Below are positions 10,697-20,403 of a stretch of 64,000 bases of DNA, one piece after another. Where the stretch lies: assembly GCA_963818965.1 (NCBI GenBank), contig CAWFUG010000011.1, positions 352,001-416,000 of the forward strand, given 5' to 3'. Numbering within the stretch: position 1 is the first letter of the stretch; the number at the start of each line of letters is the position of its first letter. The notes below the pieces were generated by a model. The model searched no databases, was not told where the DNA came from, and saw nothing but the letters and a program-made list of their open reading frames with translations. The DNA comes from an uncultured Verrucomicrobiae bacterium (GTDB taxonomy: Bacteria; Chlamydiota; Chlamydiia; Chlamydiales; Rhabdochlamydiaceae). The translations under genes were made by a program, and so were the position numbers.

Positions 10697-12970
10697 CTAA
10701 TCCCTCTCCAGTCTCCATTTTTTTAGGAGCTCTTTTCGTGTAAATGCATTGAAATCTGCGAGAAAGGCTTTTGCCTCGTCTACCCATTGGTAACCTTCTG
10801 GGCTCCTTAAAAAGAATTCTAGCATCTCTTCATTTTTAAAATGGGAAAGGAAGATCTCTTGCAGTTTTTCCGCATGAGCTTTAAATCCTTCCCAAGAAAC
10901 CGGGTAGATGCCTATTTTTTGAAATAGCCGATCCTGCCATCCCGATTCGAGGGGGTCAAGCGACGGGTAGGAGAATAACGCATTGTCAATAAGGTCGATG
11001 AGCGTCTCAAGGTCTTTTTGCACAACAAAACCATAAACCCGCCAACGCCCATAGGATGGTAGAAAATTTAGGTGAAAGAGCATTGAGCTAGAGCATGCAT
11101 GGACCTCCTTGGAGAGATCTACGAGAGGTTGGAACAGCTCCACCCATTCAGTATCGCTGGCGGATAGTGGCTCGATCCCTGCCTTTTCGTAATCCCATTC
11201 ACAATTGAGTCCAAGGGTTGGAATTGTGAAAATCTGACCACCCCATCGAGACATGAGGTCTTTGTAAAAATCGTGCACAGCGTTGAGCTTCGATAGATAA
11301 GAGATGGTGGCAAGATTCTCAAAATCAAAAGAGCAAAATGCTTCTTTTACCGTTGCCTCATGAAATGCATCGAAATGACTAAACTCCTCATGAACCCAGT
11401 GCAAAAAATCTGAGGCAACGGGGCCCATTTGATCGAGTAATGAGGCGAGTTCCTCTCCGTTCTCTTCATGAATCAGAGGCAGGAGTTTGCTGATATAAAC
11501 GGTGAGCTTCATCCTTTCAATCGTCGTGAGGCAGGGCCTTTCAGAGCCAGTATAGTGCAGGGAATAACTTCTTAACATCTGTTGCAACATAGGAGAGGGA
11601 ATCTGCTCTTCCAGAGCTTTTAAGTGCTGCATCTGTTTTTTCTTCGCAGCCGTTTGCATTTTTTCGAGAAGGGCTAGAGTCTCATCGAGAACTCCTTTTG
11701 GAAAGGAACCAGGATAGACAGCACCTAAATCAAAAACGCCGAGTGAACGCTTGCTCCCTTCCTCTGTTGGCTCTATTGTGTGGACAAAACAACGTGTTCC
11801 TTGTACTTGAAAACTCTCTATGTTTTCAAGATAACTAGCGTTAATTAAATCGACTCGAATTCCATTCCGACAATCCATTTTAGCAATAAATAAGTCACTA
11901 TAATGGTCATTCTCAGCAATGAAATACAAAAGATCGTTTCTGATTTGCATTTCCTTGATTTCCTCGTCTTCAGCACAGCTCATCGGGCTCCCATAACAGG
12001 TCTCGAGCTCTCCCTTTAAATCGACGATGCAGCAGCCATATTCAGCATTCTCCTCGCCCACCCATTTAAAAAAGACGACGAGTCGGTCGTCCTCGATTTG
12101 GAGTGCATCGATAGAAGTTTCCGTTTCTTTCCAGTCGTGACTAAACTGCGTCGGATCCAACGCGAGTGTCGAAAGGGATGGAGATTCTCCTAACTCTTGA
12201 ATCACGATCCCTTCATTAGACACATAGACAACGCTATTCTGATAAATATCGAAAAGCCCTCCTTGACATTCTTGCAGAAGAGGGGTCCTCGTCGACAGTT
12301 CGATCAAGTTACTGCTTAAGTTAAAACAAACGATCTCATTTGCTTCTTTGTCATAGAAAAAAAGCTTTCCATCACGTACGCGAGAGCCCTGACAAGACTT
12401 TGAAATGATAATCGCTTCACCCCTTTCCACATGGACGCAGTACAGCACATCATTCTCTAAATGGATGATCATCAAGGGAAAGTAAAACTGAACTGCTTTT
12501 ACCACTACAGCACCCGACTCGCTCTGAAAGGGAATGCGCTCAAGCATCTCAACTTTTGTAAGCTTCCGATTAGATGAGCAAACGGTAATGTCTGTGTTAT
12601 TGATCAAATAAAAGATCCCATTTCTCTCTTTGACAAAGCGGTAAGAGCGTTCCAAATCCAGCAGTGTTTTGGATCTGCATTTTCCACGGCAGACGCTATC
12701 TGGAATCCCCTTATAGACGTCTTTCATAACAGCTCGGTGGACAGCATACGGCGTTTCTCGCTTAAAATTAGGTGCGTAAGCGGCATAAAAGCTGGGATAC
12801 AAAACTTTAAGAGGCTCGAGCCAAGGAAAGGGATTATCCGCAATAGCTTCATAAAGGCGCTTGTCCGCCCCCATGAGACTCAGGACATCTCTTCTCGGTA
12901 GCCACTCGCAAATCAACCCTACTCCATCAGCGTGGAGATTGCTGAATGGGTTACTATTTAACGAAAACAT
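10697..12970 (-). CDS. F-box-like protein, paralog 3
   Basis: PFSNLHADGVGLICEWLPRRDVLSLMGADKRLYEAI; same shared motifs as paralogs 1 and 2. Confidence 0.7.
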   Translation of the reverse strand: MFSLNSNPFSNLHADGVGLICEWLPRRDVLSLMGADKRLYEAIADNPFPWLEPLKVLYPSFYAAYAPNFKRETPYAVHRAVMKDVYKGIPDSVCRGKCRSKTLLDLERSYRFVKERNGIFYLINNTDITVCSSNRKLTKVEMLERIPFQSESGAVVVKAVQFYFPLMIIHLENDVLYCVHVERGEAIIISKSCQGSRVRDGKLFFYDKEANEIVCFNLSSNLIELSTRTPLLQECQGGLFDIYQNSVVYVSNEGIVIQELGESPSLSTLALDPTQFSHDWKETETSIDALQIEDDRLVVFFKWVGEENAEYGCCIVDLKGELETCYGSPMSCAEDEEIKEMQIRNDLLYFIAENDHYSDLFIAKMDCRNGIRVDLINASYLENIESFQVQGTRCFVHTIEPTEEGSKRSLGVFDLGAVYPGSFPKGVLDETLALLEKMQTAAKKKQMQHLKALEEQIPSPMLQQMLRSYSLHYTGSERPCLTTIERMKLTVYISKLLPLIHEENGEELASLLDQMGPVASDFLHWVHEEFSHFDAFHEATVKEAFCSFDFENLATISYLSKLNAVHDFYKDLMSRWGGQIFTIPTLGLNCEWDYEKAGIEPLSASDTEWVELFQPLVDLSKEVHACSSSMLFHLNFLPSYGRWRVYGFVVQKDLETLIDLIDNALFSYPSLDPLESGWQDRLFQKIGIYPVSWEGFKAHAEKLQEIFLSHFKNEEMLEFFLRSPEGYQWVDEAKAFLADFNAFTRKELLKKWRLERD

Positions 12971-13146
12971 TATAACCTTTAATTTTTAAATTGATCATAT
13001 TTAAATAATACATTAAAATATAAATAAAATCAACTTATTTACTATTAAAAATTATTATCACCAAAAACCCTTTGTAAAACACAAAAACACTTATCCGATC
13101 GTATCTTAGGGATTGAAATAATTTTTAATATGGTGTCTATTGGATC

Positions 13147-13202
13147 TATACCCCGAGCGCTTGAGGATGGTGCCTTTGAGCGCGTCAAAGGCCCGGAGTA
13201 TA
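13147..13202. mobile_element. Family B mini-element (internally deleted) in the gdh leader
   Basis: TATACCCCGAGCGCTTGAGGATGGTGCCTTTGAGCGCGTCAAAG matches an arm of the 59773-59939 element; ends GGAGTATA. Confidence 0.85.
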
Positions 13203-13217
13203 CAAGAGGAGAGACTA

Positions 13218-16200
13218 ATGGACGGAAAACACCCCCCTGGAACACCTTCGAAAGAGAAGATGCAAGAGGCCATCGGAGAGGAGAGTAAGCGCTTTGAGGC
13301 ATGCTATCTTTGGATGGAAAAGCACATGCCACCGAGCTTTTTCGAAGAGATGGACAAAGAGAGCATTTCTCTAATCGTGCACAGCCTAATGAACTTTCCC
13401 CTTCACGATCTCTTTTCGACGATCCATTTGAAACACTCTGCATTTGCCCTTTGTTTGGACAGTCCAGAGGCAGATCTCACTGTGCTGAAACACTACCGAA
13501 GCTATGGCATCAAAAACTACCGTTCCTTCGTCTCCAATGAACCGCCCCCCTTTCCAGGGATGAGTAAGCCGCTCAGGGTCGCTCGCATCCTCTTCAACGA
13601 TTTCGTCGAGCCGACACACGAACCCCTCCTTTCCAAAGAAAAAGAGAGCGCGCTCTCTGAAGAGGTCAAGACGCGCAACCCCCTCGTCACAGAGGCGGAT
13701 ATCCATAAGCTCCTCTTACAGATGAGCCCGATGTTCGTCCGTTCGATGGCAACAGAGCGCCTAGGTGTTGCGCTCGATATGTTTTTCCGAGCGAAATCGC
13801 GAGATACCTGCCAGTATCAGGTGCGTTATAACCAGGATTGGCAAGATAAGGATACGCCCTCTCTACAGATCGTCTTCGCTTGGCGCAATGTGCCCAAATC
13901 TGATTTTCTCTATCGGATGGCGCGAATGATCTACCGCCATGGGCTTTCGATCAAACGGATCAACGCAACGCACATCGATCCCCACAGCCGCCACAATGTG
14001 CTCATCATGTCCCTCGCCCTCCACGGCAGCAAGGGGGGCGCTGCATGGGATGAGGCGGACCTGCCTGATTTCCTAAAAGAGCTCGTCACCCTGAAAAACT
14101 TCGAGGAGATGGAGCGGATCGAAAATACCTTCGTCGCAACGGGCTTGTTAACAGGAAACGAGGGAAATCTCGTCAAGGCGATGACCTACTTCGTCCATCA
14201 GGCACTCGTCCACGCCGATATCAACATGTACGCACACAACCTCATCGAAGAGGGGTTCGCAAGACACCCAGAGCTCATCGTCAAGCTCATCCAGATGTTC
14301 CATGCGAAGTTCGACCCGGAAAAGCTCGATCCACAAAAATACCAAAAGCTCCGCGAAGAATATCTCAAAGCAATAGACGCTTTAGATACTGGCCACGAGC
14401 TCAATGACACGCGCCGCAAGAACATCTTGAGACAAGCCCTATCGATGGTAGACTTCACTCTCAAGACCAACTTCTTCCGCAATAATAAGACTGCCTTTAG
14501 CTTCCGTCTCGATCCTCAGTATCTCGAGCACCTCCCCTACGATCGCAAGGAAAAATTCCCCGAGCTTCCCTTTGCCATCTTCTTCATGAAGGGACTCTAT
14601 TATATCGGATTCCACATCCGCTTTCGGGACCTCTCGCGCGGCGGATTGCGGACGGTCTTTCCTGAAAAGATGGAACAGATGCTCGTCGAAAGAAACAACG
14701 TCTTTGCAGAATGCTATAACCTCGCCTATACCCAAAATAAAAAGAACAAAGACATTCCAGAAGGGGGGGCCAAAGGGATCATCTTTCTAGAGCCTTATGA
14801 GCGGATGCGCATTGAAGAAAAGATCTACGAAAGAGAGCTTCAAGATGAGAAACTCTCCCCTGAAGAGATCGAAGAAAAACTCAGTTTATTTCACAAAGAA
14901 CAAAAGCTAGAATACCTCTACCAGACCCAGCGCTCCTACATCGAAGCACTCCTGACACTACTCAATTGCGAACCCGACGGGACGCTGCGCGCTAAGCACG
15001 TCGTCGACTACTGGAAAAAACCAGAGTATGTCTATTTGGGTCCCGATGAAAACATGCACAATGCGATGATCGAATGGATCGCCTCTTACAGCAAATACTA
15101 TCACTACAAACCCGGCGGCGCCTTTATCTCGAGCAAGCCAGGTGCAGGGATCAACCATAAAGAGTTCGGCGTGACCTCTTTGGGAGTGAATGTCTACATG
15201 GAAGAAGTGCTGAAATTTCTCGGCATCGATCCGCATAAAGACCCGTTCACGATTAAGATGACAGGGGGACCCGATGGAGATGTCGCGGGCAATGAGATGT
15301 TCAATCTCTATCAATTCTATCCCAAAACAGCCCGCCTGCTCGCGACGATCGACGTCTCAGGGACGATCTTCGATCCAGACGGGCTCGACTTAAAAATCAT
15401 CGAGACCCTCTTCCAGGAGGGCAAACCGATCCGCTTCTACCCTGCTGAAAAACTGCACGAAGGGGGATTTCTCCTCGATACGCAGAAAAAGCGGGAGGAA
15501 ACTGCCTATACACAACAGACACTCTGTGCGCGTAAAAAAGGGGGCAAAATCGTCGAGGAGTGGCTCTCTGGAAATGAGATGAACCACCTGCTGCGCCACA
15601 ATGTCCACCAAGTCAAAGCCGATGTGTTCGTGCCAGGAGGAGGACGTCCACGCACATTAAACGAAAACAACATCAGGGATTTCCTCGATGAAGCAGGAAA
15701 ACCGACAGCGCGCGCTATCGTAGAAGGGGCGAATCTCTACATCACCCCATGGGCCCGCAGATCGCTTGAAAAATTAGGCATCCTTCTCATCAAAGATAGC
15801 TCTGCAAATAAAGGCGGCGTCATCTGCTCCTCATTCGAGGTCCTCTCGAGCCTTGCCCTCTCTGAAGAGGAGTTTTTAAAAGAAAAGAAAGAGCTCGTCG
15901 CGGAGATCTTAACCATCATCCAAGATAGAGCGCGCGAAGAGGCTAAGCTACTACTCAAAACCCACAAAGAAACAGGCCACTTCCTCAGCGACATCTCAGA
16001 ATGGATCTCTGAGCGGATCAATCTCTATAAAGATCAACTCACAGCCTACCTAACTCCCTTAACCCTCTCCCACGATCCAACGGATCCTCTCATCCGGTGC
16101 CTGCTCAACTACTGCCCCCCTCTGCTCCGCACCAAATACCAAAAACGGATCCTCCTCGAGGTTCCTGACGTCCACAAAAAAGCGATCATTGCCTGCCATA

Positions 16201-16301
16201 TCGCCTCCCGCCTGGTCTACTACCGCGGCCTCTCTTGGTCCCCCTCCCTCATTGACGTTTTGCCCCTCATTACCCAAGATCCCCTCATCATAGGAGACTA
16301 G
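13218..16301 (+). CDS. Large NAD-specific glutamate dehydrogenase (GDH2-like)
   Basis: HIRFRDLSRGGLR, KNKDIPEGGAKG, LGPDENM, HKEFGVTS, TGGPDGDVAGN, VEGANLY, DSSANKGGV; start ATG 13218 after RBS GAGGAG. Confidence 0.9.
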   Translation: MDGKHPPGTPSKEKMQEAIGEESKRFEACYLWMEKHMPPSFFEEMDKESISLIVHSLMNFPLHDLFSTIHLKHSAFALCLDSPEADLTVLKHYRSYGIKNYRSFVSNEPPPFPGMSKPLRVARILFNDFVEPTHEPLLSKEKESALSEEVKTRNPLVTEADIHKLLLQMSPMFVRSMATERLGVALDMFFRAKSRDTCQYQVRYNQDWQDKDTPSLQIVFAWRNVPKSDFLYRMARMIYRHGLSIKRINATHIDPHSRHNVLIMSLALHGSKGGAAWDEADLPDFLKELVTLKNFEEMERIENTFVATGLLTGNEGNLVKAMTYFVHQALVHADINMYAHNLIEEGFARHPELIVKLIQMFHAKFDPEKLDPQKYQKLREEYLKAIDALDTGHELNDTRRKNILRQALSMVDFTLKTNFFRNNKTAFSFRLDPQYLEHLPYDRKEKFPELPFAIFFMKGLYYIGFHIRFRDLSRGGLRTVFPEKMEQMLVERNNVFAECYNLAYTQNKKNKDIPEGGAKGIIFLEPYERMRIEEKIYERELQDEKLSPEEIEEKLSLFHKEQKLEYLYQTQRSYIEALLTLLNCEPDGTLRAKHVVDYWKKPEYVYLGPDENMHNAMIEWIASYSKYYHYKPGGAFISSKPGAGINHKEFGVTSLGVNVYMEEVLKFLGIDPHKDPFTIKMTGGPDGDVAGNEMFNLYQFYPKTARLLATIDVSGTIFDPDGLDLKIIETLFQEGKPIRFYPAEKLHEGGFLLDTQKKREETAYTQQTLCARKKGGKIVEEWLSGNEMNHLLRHNVHQVKADVFVPGGGRPRTLNENNIRDFLDEAGKPTARAIVEGANLYITPWARRSLEKLGILLIKDSSANKGGVICSSFEVLSSLALSEEEFLKEKKELVAEILTIIQDRAREEAKLLLKTHKETGHFLSDISEWISERINLYKDQLTAYLTPLTLSHDPTDPLIRCLLNYCPPLLRTKYQKRILLEVPDVHKKAIIACHIASRLVYYRGLSWSPSLIDVLPLITQDPLIIGD

Positions 16302-16487
16302 GGAATAGGAGACTAGGAAAGCTAAGGAGACTGGGAAAGCTAAGGAGACTGGGAAAGCTAAGGAGACTGGGAAAGCTAAGGAGACTGGGAAAGCTAAGGA
16401 GACTGGGAAAGCTAAGGAGACTGGGAAAGCTAAGGAGACTGGGAAAGCTAAGGAGACTGGGAAAGCTAAGGAGACTGGGAAAGCTAA
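16293..16487 (+). repeat. 18-bp tandem repeat (GGAGACTGGGAAAGCTAA)n
   Basis: Nine perfect units 16326-16487, one single-mismatch unit 16308-16325, one degenerate unit overlapping the gdh stop. Confidence 0.97.
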
Positions 16488-16502
16488 TACCGCTAAGAAT
16501 AG

Positions 16503-16595
16503 TTCACCACAGAGAGGGAATTTTTTAAACAATCTTTTTGCCCCAAAAGCTGTTAAAAAAATTCCCTCTCTGTGGTTTCCCCTCTCTGTGGTGAA
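16503..16595. repeat. Family A element, copy 3
   Basis: TTCACCACAGAGAGGGAATTTTTTAAAC ... AAAAGCTGTTAAAAAAATTCCCTCTCTGTGGTTTCCCCTCTCTGTGGTGAA. Confidence 0.88.
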
Positions 16596-16658
16596 GTCAT
16601 TTACATTCACTCAGACCGATTTCTGCAAAACACTGATATCCAAAGACTTGTAAATAAT

Positions 16659-16685
16659 CTAGCACTTCGAGCTCCTAAGTGCTAA
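16659..16685 (+). promoter_or_regulatory. CIRCE operator (HrcA site)
   Basis: CTAGCACTT-N9-AAGTGCTAA vs consensus TTAGCACTC-N9-GAGTGCTAA, directly upstream of hrcA-grpE-dnaK. Confidence 0.9.
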
Positions 16686-16692
16686 ATTTTAC

Positions 16693-16721
16693 TTGTGGTT
16701 TTTTAGCTCCCTTGGTATAGT
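16693..16721 (+). promoter_or_regulatory. Putative hrcA-grpE-dnaK promoter
   Basis: TTGTGG-17 bp-TATAGT just downstream of CIRCE. Confidence 0.6.
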
Positions 16722-16749
16722 GATTTTATATATGACAAGAAGTCAAACT

Positions 16750-17892
16750 ATGAAATCTCTAACACCTAAGAAACCCTCTAAGGACCAACGAGAAAGGCTG
16801 ATTCTCTTTGGACTGGTCGAGCTCTACTTGCAAACGGGCAAGCCGATCGGGTCTAATACGCTGAAAGAGAATGGCTTCGATGCGCTGAGTTCTGCGACCA
16901 TCCGCAATTATTTCACTAAGCTCGAGGAGGAAGGCTATGTCCTCCAGCAACACTCCTCCGGGGGGCGGATCCCCTCAGCCCTCGCCTTTAAGGCTTATGC
17001 AGAAGCGCATCTCGAGCTTCCCCTCCTCTCCCCAGAGGCCAAACAGAACATCGAAAAGCAACTGTATCAAGAGACTCACGAGGTGGCAGCTTTCCTGCAC
17101 CGCGCCGCGAAGATCATCAGCGATCTCACTCAATGCGCTGTTTTCCTCTCCGCGCCTCGATTCGACCAAGACTTTATCTTAAGCATGAAGCTCGTTGCGA
17201 TTGATGAAACGCGCCTTCTCTGCGTCATCATTACCAATTTCGGGATGGTCCACTCAGAGATGCTCTATATCGATCAAAAGCGCTCTCCCACTGCCTTAAA
17301 AGGGGTCGAAGCCTATCTCCAGTACCGTTTAACGGGGATCGAAAAACCTAAACTCTCTACTGAAGAAGAGGCAACTGCCTGCTCTTTGTACAAAGAACTC
17401 CTCTTGCGTCACATCGTCAGCTACACCCACTTCAGCGCAGAGGATCTCTCCCAAGCGGGCTTCTCTAAATTACTCTCCTATCCCGACTTTAATGAAGCAG
17501 CAGCGCTCGCTGGAGGACTCTCCCTCTTTGAAGATCAACAGATGCTAAGACAGCTACTCAAGCACACCTGCGAGCGGGAAAAGCTCTCCTGTTGGATCGG
17601 AGAGGATATCAAGCGGTTGAATCCCGATGCAGCGCAGTGCTCAATCCTGACTGTCCCCTACCGGATCCACCAATCGATTTGCGGAGCGATCGGGATCTTA
17701 GGGCCTAACCGGATCCCCTATCGAGAGCTCTTCGGACAACTCGAACAGATCGCGCACACGCTTTCCCAGTCTCTGACTAAGAGTTTGTATAAATTTAAGA
17801 TCACCTACCGCACGGCTAAACCGACTGACTTGCAAATCGACGAGGAGCCACACACGTGTTTAGAAATAGAAGATAAAGGAAGAAAACTATGA
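16750..17892 (+). CDS. hrcA: Heat-inducible transcription repressor HrcA
   Basis: YLQTGKPIGS, SSATIRN, HSSGGRIPS, IGILGPNRIPY; start ATG 16750 (or 16732). Confidence 0.95.
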   Translation: MKSLTPKKPSKDQRERLILFGLVELYLQTGKPIGSNTLKENGFDALSSATIRNYFTKLEEEGYVLQQHSSGGRIPSALAFKAYAEAHLELPLLSPEAKQNIEKQLYQETHEVAAFLHRAAKIISDLTQCAVFLSAPRFDQDFILSMKLVAIDETRLLCVIITNFGMVHSEMLYIDQKRSPTALKGVEAYLQYRLTGIEKPKLSTEEEATACSLYKELLLRHIVSYTHFSAEDLSQAGFSKLLSYPDFNEAAALAGGLSLFEDQQMLRQLLKHTCEREKLSCWIGEDIKRLNPDAAQCSILTVPYRIHQSICGAIGILGPNRIPYRELFGQLEQIAHTLSQSLTKSLYKFKITYRTAKPTDLQIDEEPHTCLEIEDKGRKL

Positions 17893-18434
17893 CAGAACAA
17901 GAAATCGATGAAAAGCAAATACCCCTCACCCAAGAGGAGGAAATGCTGGAATATAAAGACAAGTACCTGCGCTTGCTCGCTGAACTCGATAACACCCGCA
18001 AGCGGATGCAGAAAGAAAAACAGGAAATGACCCGGTTTGCGATCGAGAATGCCCTCTCTGACATGTTGGATCCGATCGACAATCTAGAAAATGCCCTTAA
18101 GATGACAGAAAATCTCTCTACTGAGATGCGTAACTGGGCGCAAGGTTTTTCGATGATCTTATACCAATTTAAAGAGGCCTTGAGCAGCCAGGGGATCGTT
18201 CCCTTCCATTCGGAAGGTCAGCCTTTCGATCCACAAATGCACGACGCTATTGAAACGGAAGAATCGACGGAAAAGCCTGCTGGCACCATCTTAAAAGAAT
18301 ACGTCAAGGGATACCGCAGCGGGCTGCGCGCTGTGCGCCCGGCTCGGGTGAAGGTAGCTCACGCACCTGTAGTAAACGCTGACGCGCCTGTAACAGATGC
18401 TGAAGCGCCTGCAGTAACCCAGACAGAAAACTAA
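17889..18434 (+). CDS. grpE: Nucleotide exchange factor GrpE
   Basis: [33 protein letters not shown]. Confidence 0.96.
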   Translation: MTEQEIDEKQIPLTQEEEMLEYKDKYLRLLAELDNTRKRMQKEKQEMTRFAIENALSDMLDPIDNLENALKMTENLSTEMRNWAQGFSMILYQFKEALSSQGIVPFHSEGQPFDPQMHDAIETEESTEKPAGTILKEYVKGYRSGLRAVRPARVKVAHAPVVNADAPVTDAEAPAVTQTEN

Positions 18435-18459
18435 CCTATTTTTTAAGGAGAACAACACT

Positions 18460-20361
18460 ATGACACAAAAGAAAAAAGGTAGAATCATTGGTATCGACTT
18501 AGGGACGACGAACTCCTGCGTCTCCATCATGGAGGGAGGAACACCTATCGTCATCGCCAACGCGGAAGGAGGACGTACGACGCCTTCTGTTGTCGGCTAC
18601 AAGAATGGAGAACGCCTCGTTGGAACGCCTGCGAAGAGACAAGCGGTAACCAACGCTGAGCGCACTGTCTTTTCTGCGAAGCGATTCATCGGACGCAAGT
18701 TCAAAGAGGTCGAATCGGAAGCGAAGCACATGCCCTTTAAAGTGCGTCAAAATGAAAATGGCGATGCGGTCTTCGAAATCGACGGTGAGCTCCTCTCCCC
18801 AGAAGAGGTCGGCGCACAAGTACTCATGAAGATGAAAGAGACAGCAGAAGCTTATCTCGGCGAAGAAGTCACAGAAGCGGTCATCACAGTTCCCGCTTAC
18901 TTCAACGACTCGCAACGTCAATCGACCAAAGATGCGGGACGGATCGCCGGCTTAGATGTCAAACGGATCATCCCAGAACCTACTGCCGCAGCGCTTGCCT
19001 ACGGCCTCGATAAACAGAGCGACAAGAAGATAGCCGTGTTCGACTTAGGGGGTGGAACCTTCGATATCTCCATCCTCGAAATCGGCGATGGCGTCTTCGA
19101 AGTTCTCTCTACGAACGGAGATACCCACCTCGGGGGAGATGATTTCGATAACGCGATCCTCCATTGGATGCTCGAAGAGTTTAAGAAAGAAAATGGAATC
19201 GACCTCGCCAAAGATAAGATGGCGCTCCAGCGCCTGCGCGATGCTGCGGAAAAGGCGAAGGTCGAACTCTCTGGAACCCAGACGACAGAGATCAACCAAC
19301 CGTTCATCACGATGGATGCCTCAGGGCCTAAGCACATGAGCTTGACGCTCACCCGCGCCAAATTGGAGATGCTCGTGCACGATCTCGTCGAGCGCACCAT
19401 CGAGCCTTGCGTGAAAGCTTTGAAAGATTCAGGTCTTTCCAAGGACAAAATCGACGAAGTGATCCTGGTCGGTGGAATGTCCCGTATGCCGATCGTCGAG
19501 CGCAAAGTGAAAGAGATCTTCGGCAGAGAACCTCATAAAGGGGTCAACCCAGACGAAGTCGTGGCTATCGGCGCGGCTATCCAAGGAGCTGTCCTCTCAG
19601 GAGACGTCAAAGACGTGCTTCTCCTCGACGTCATCCCCCTCACTCTCGGAATCGAGACATTGGGAGGAGTGCTTACGCCGATCGTAGAGCGTAACACTAC
19701 GATCCCGACTCAAAAGAAACAGGTCTTCTCGACAGCGAGCGATAACCAACCTGCAGTGACGATTGTCGTTCTGCAAGGGGAGCGCAAAATGGCGAAGGAC
19801 AACAAAGAGATCGGACGCTTTGATTTGACGGATATCCCCCCTGCACCGCGCGGCATGCCGCAGATCGAAGTCGCCTTCGACATCGATGCAGACGGAATCC
19901 TGCACGTCTCTGCAAAAGACGTACAGACGGGCAAAGAACAGAAGATCCGCATCGAAGCCAAGTCAGGGCTCTCAGAAAATGAGATCAAACGGATGCTCAA
20001 AGACGCAGAAGACCACATGGAAGAGGATAAGCAGCGCAAAGAGGAAATAGAGACACGCAACGAAGCGGATGCTCTTCTCTTCCGCGCCCAAAAAGCACTC
20101 GACGATTACAAAGAGAAATTGCCTGCAAACATCGTCGAAGAGATCCAATCCAAGATCGACGCCTTGAAAAAAGCGCTCGAGAGCACCGACAGCGCGACTA
20201 TCAAAGCAGCGACCAGTGCGCTCAACACGCACCTGCAAAAGATCGGAGAAGCGATGCAGCAACAAGCGGGTGCGCAAGCACAGACCCCACCGCCCTCTCC
20301 TTCTTCGCAGGATAAACCCGACATCGAAGAAGCCGATGTCGAAATCTTGGATGAAAAATAA
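18460..20361 (+). CDS. dnaK: Chaperone DnaK
   Basis: [39 protein letters not shown]. Confidence 0.99.
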   Translation: MTQKKKGRIIGIDLGTTNSCVSIMEGGTPIVIANAEGGRTTPSVVGYKNGERLVGTPAKRQAVTNAERTVFSAKRFIGRKFKEVESEAKHMPFKVRQNENGDAVFEIDGELLSPEEVGAQVLMKMKETAEAYLGEEVTEAVITVPAYFNDSQRQSTKDAGRIAGLDVKRIIPEPTAAALAYGLDKQSDKKIAVFDLGGGTFDISILEIGDGVFEVLSTNGDTHLGGDDFDNAILHWMLEEFKKENGIDLAKDKMALQRLRDAAEKAKVELSGTQTTEINQPFITMDASGPKHMSLTLTRAKLEMLVHDLVERTIEPCVKALKDSGLSKDKIDEVILVGGMSRMPIVERKVKEIFGREPHKGVNPDEVVAIGAAIQGAVLSGDVKDVLLLDVIPLTLGIETLGGVLTPIVERNTTIPTQKKQVFSTASDNQPAVTIVVLQGERKMAKDNKEIGRFDLTDIPPAPRGMPQIEVAFDIDADGILHVSAKDVQTGKEQKIRIEAKSGLSENEIKRMLKDAEDHMEEDKQRKEEIETRNEADALLFRAQKALDDYKEKLPANIVEEIQSKIDALKKALESTDSATIKAATSALNTHLQKIGEAMQQQAGAQAQTPPPSPSSQDKPDIEEADVEILDEK

Positions 20362-20366
20362 GCCTA

Positions 20367-20403
20367 TATACCTACGGGCAACTTTTGAGTTCCCTTAGGT
20401 ATA
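20367..20403. mobile_element. 37-bp TATACC...GGTATA hairpin overlapping the nagZ 3' end
   Basis: TATACCTACGGGCAACTTTTGAGTTCCCTTAGGTATA; removal with one TA leaves nagZ ending GTGL-TAG. Confidence 0.6.

Noticed and set aside
16293..16487. CRISPR array
   Set aside because: Units are head-to-tail with no spacers, and no cas genes are present.
16059..16610. 183-aa ORF with LAFPVS repeats
   Set aside because: Antisense read-through of the VNTR and the family A element; overlaps gdh.
16693..16749. Longest-ORF starts (hrcA 16693, zntA 3402, npt1 42820, ytgD 39180, mraZ 56391, LRR 61739)
   Set aside because: These overlap promoters, terminators or upstream genes; downstream ATGs with RBS or coupling fit better.
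18364..18420. 21-bp degenerate repeats in the grpE tail
   Set aside because: Ordinary low-complexity C-terminal extension.
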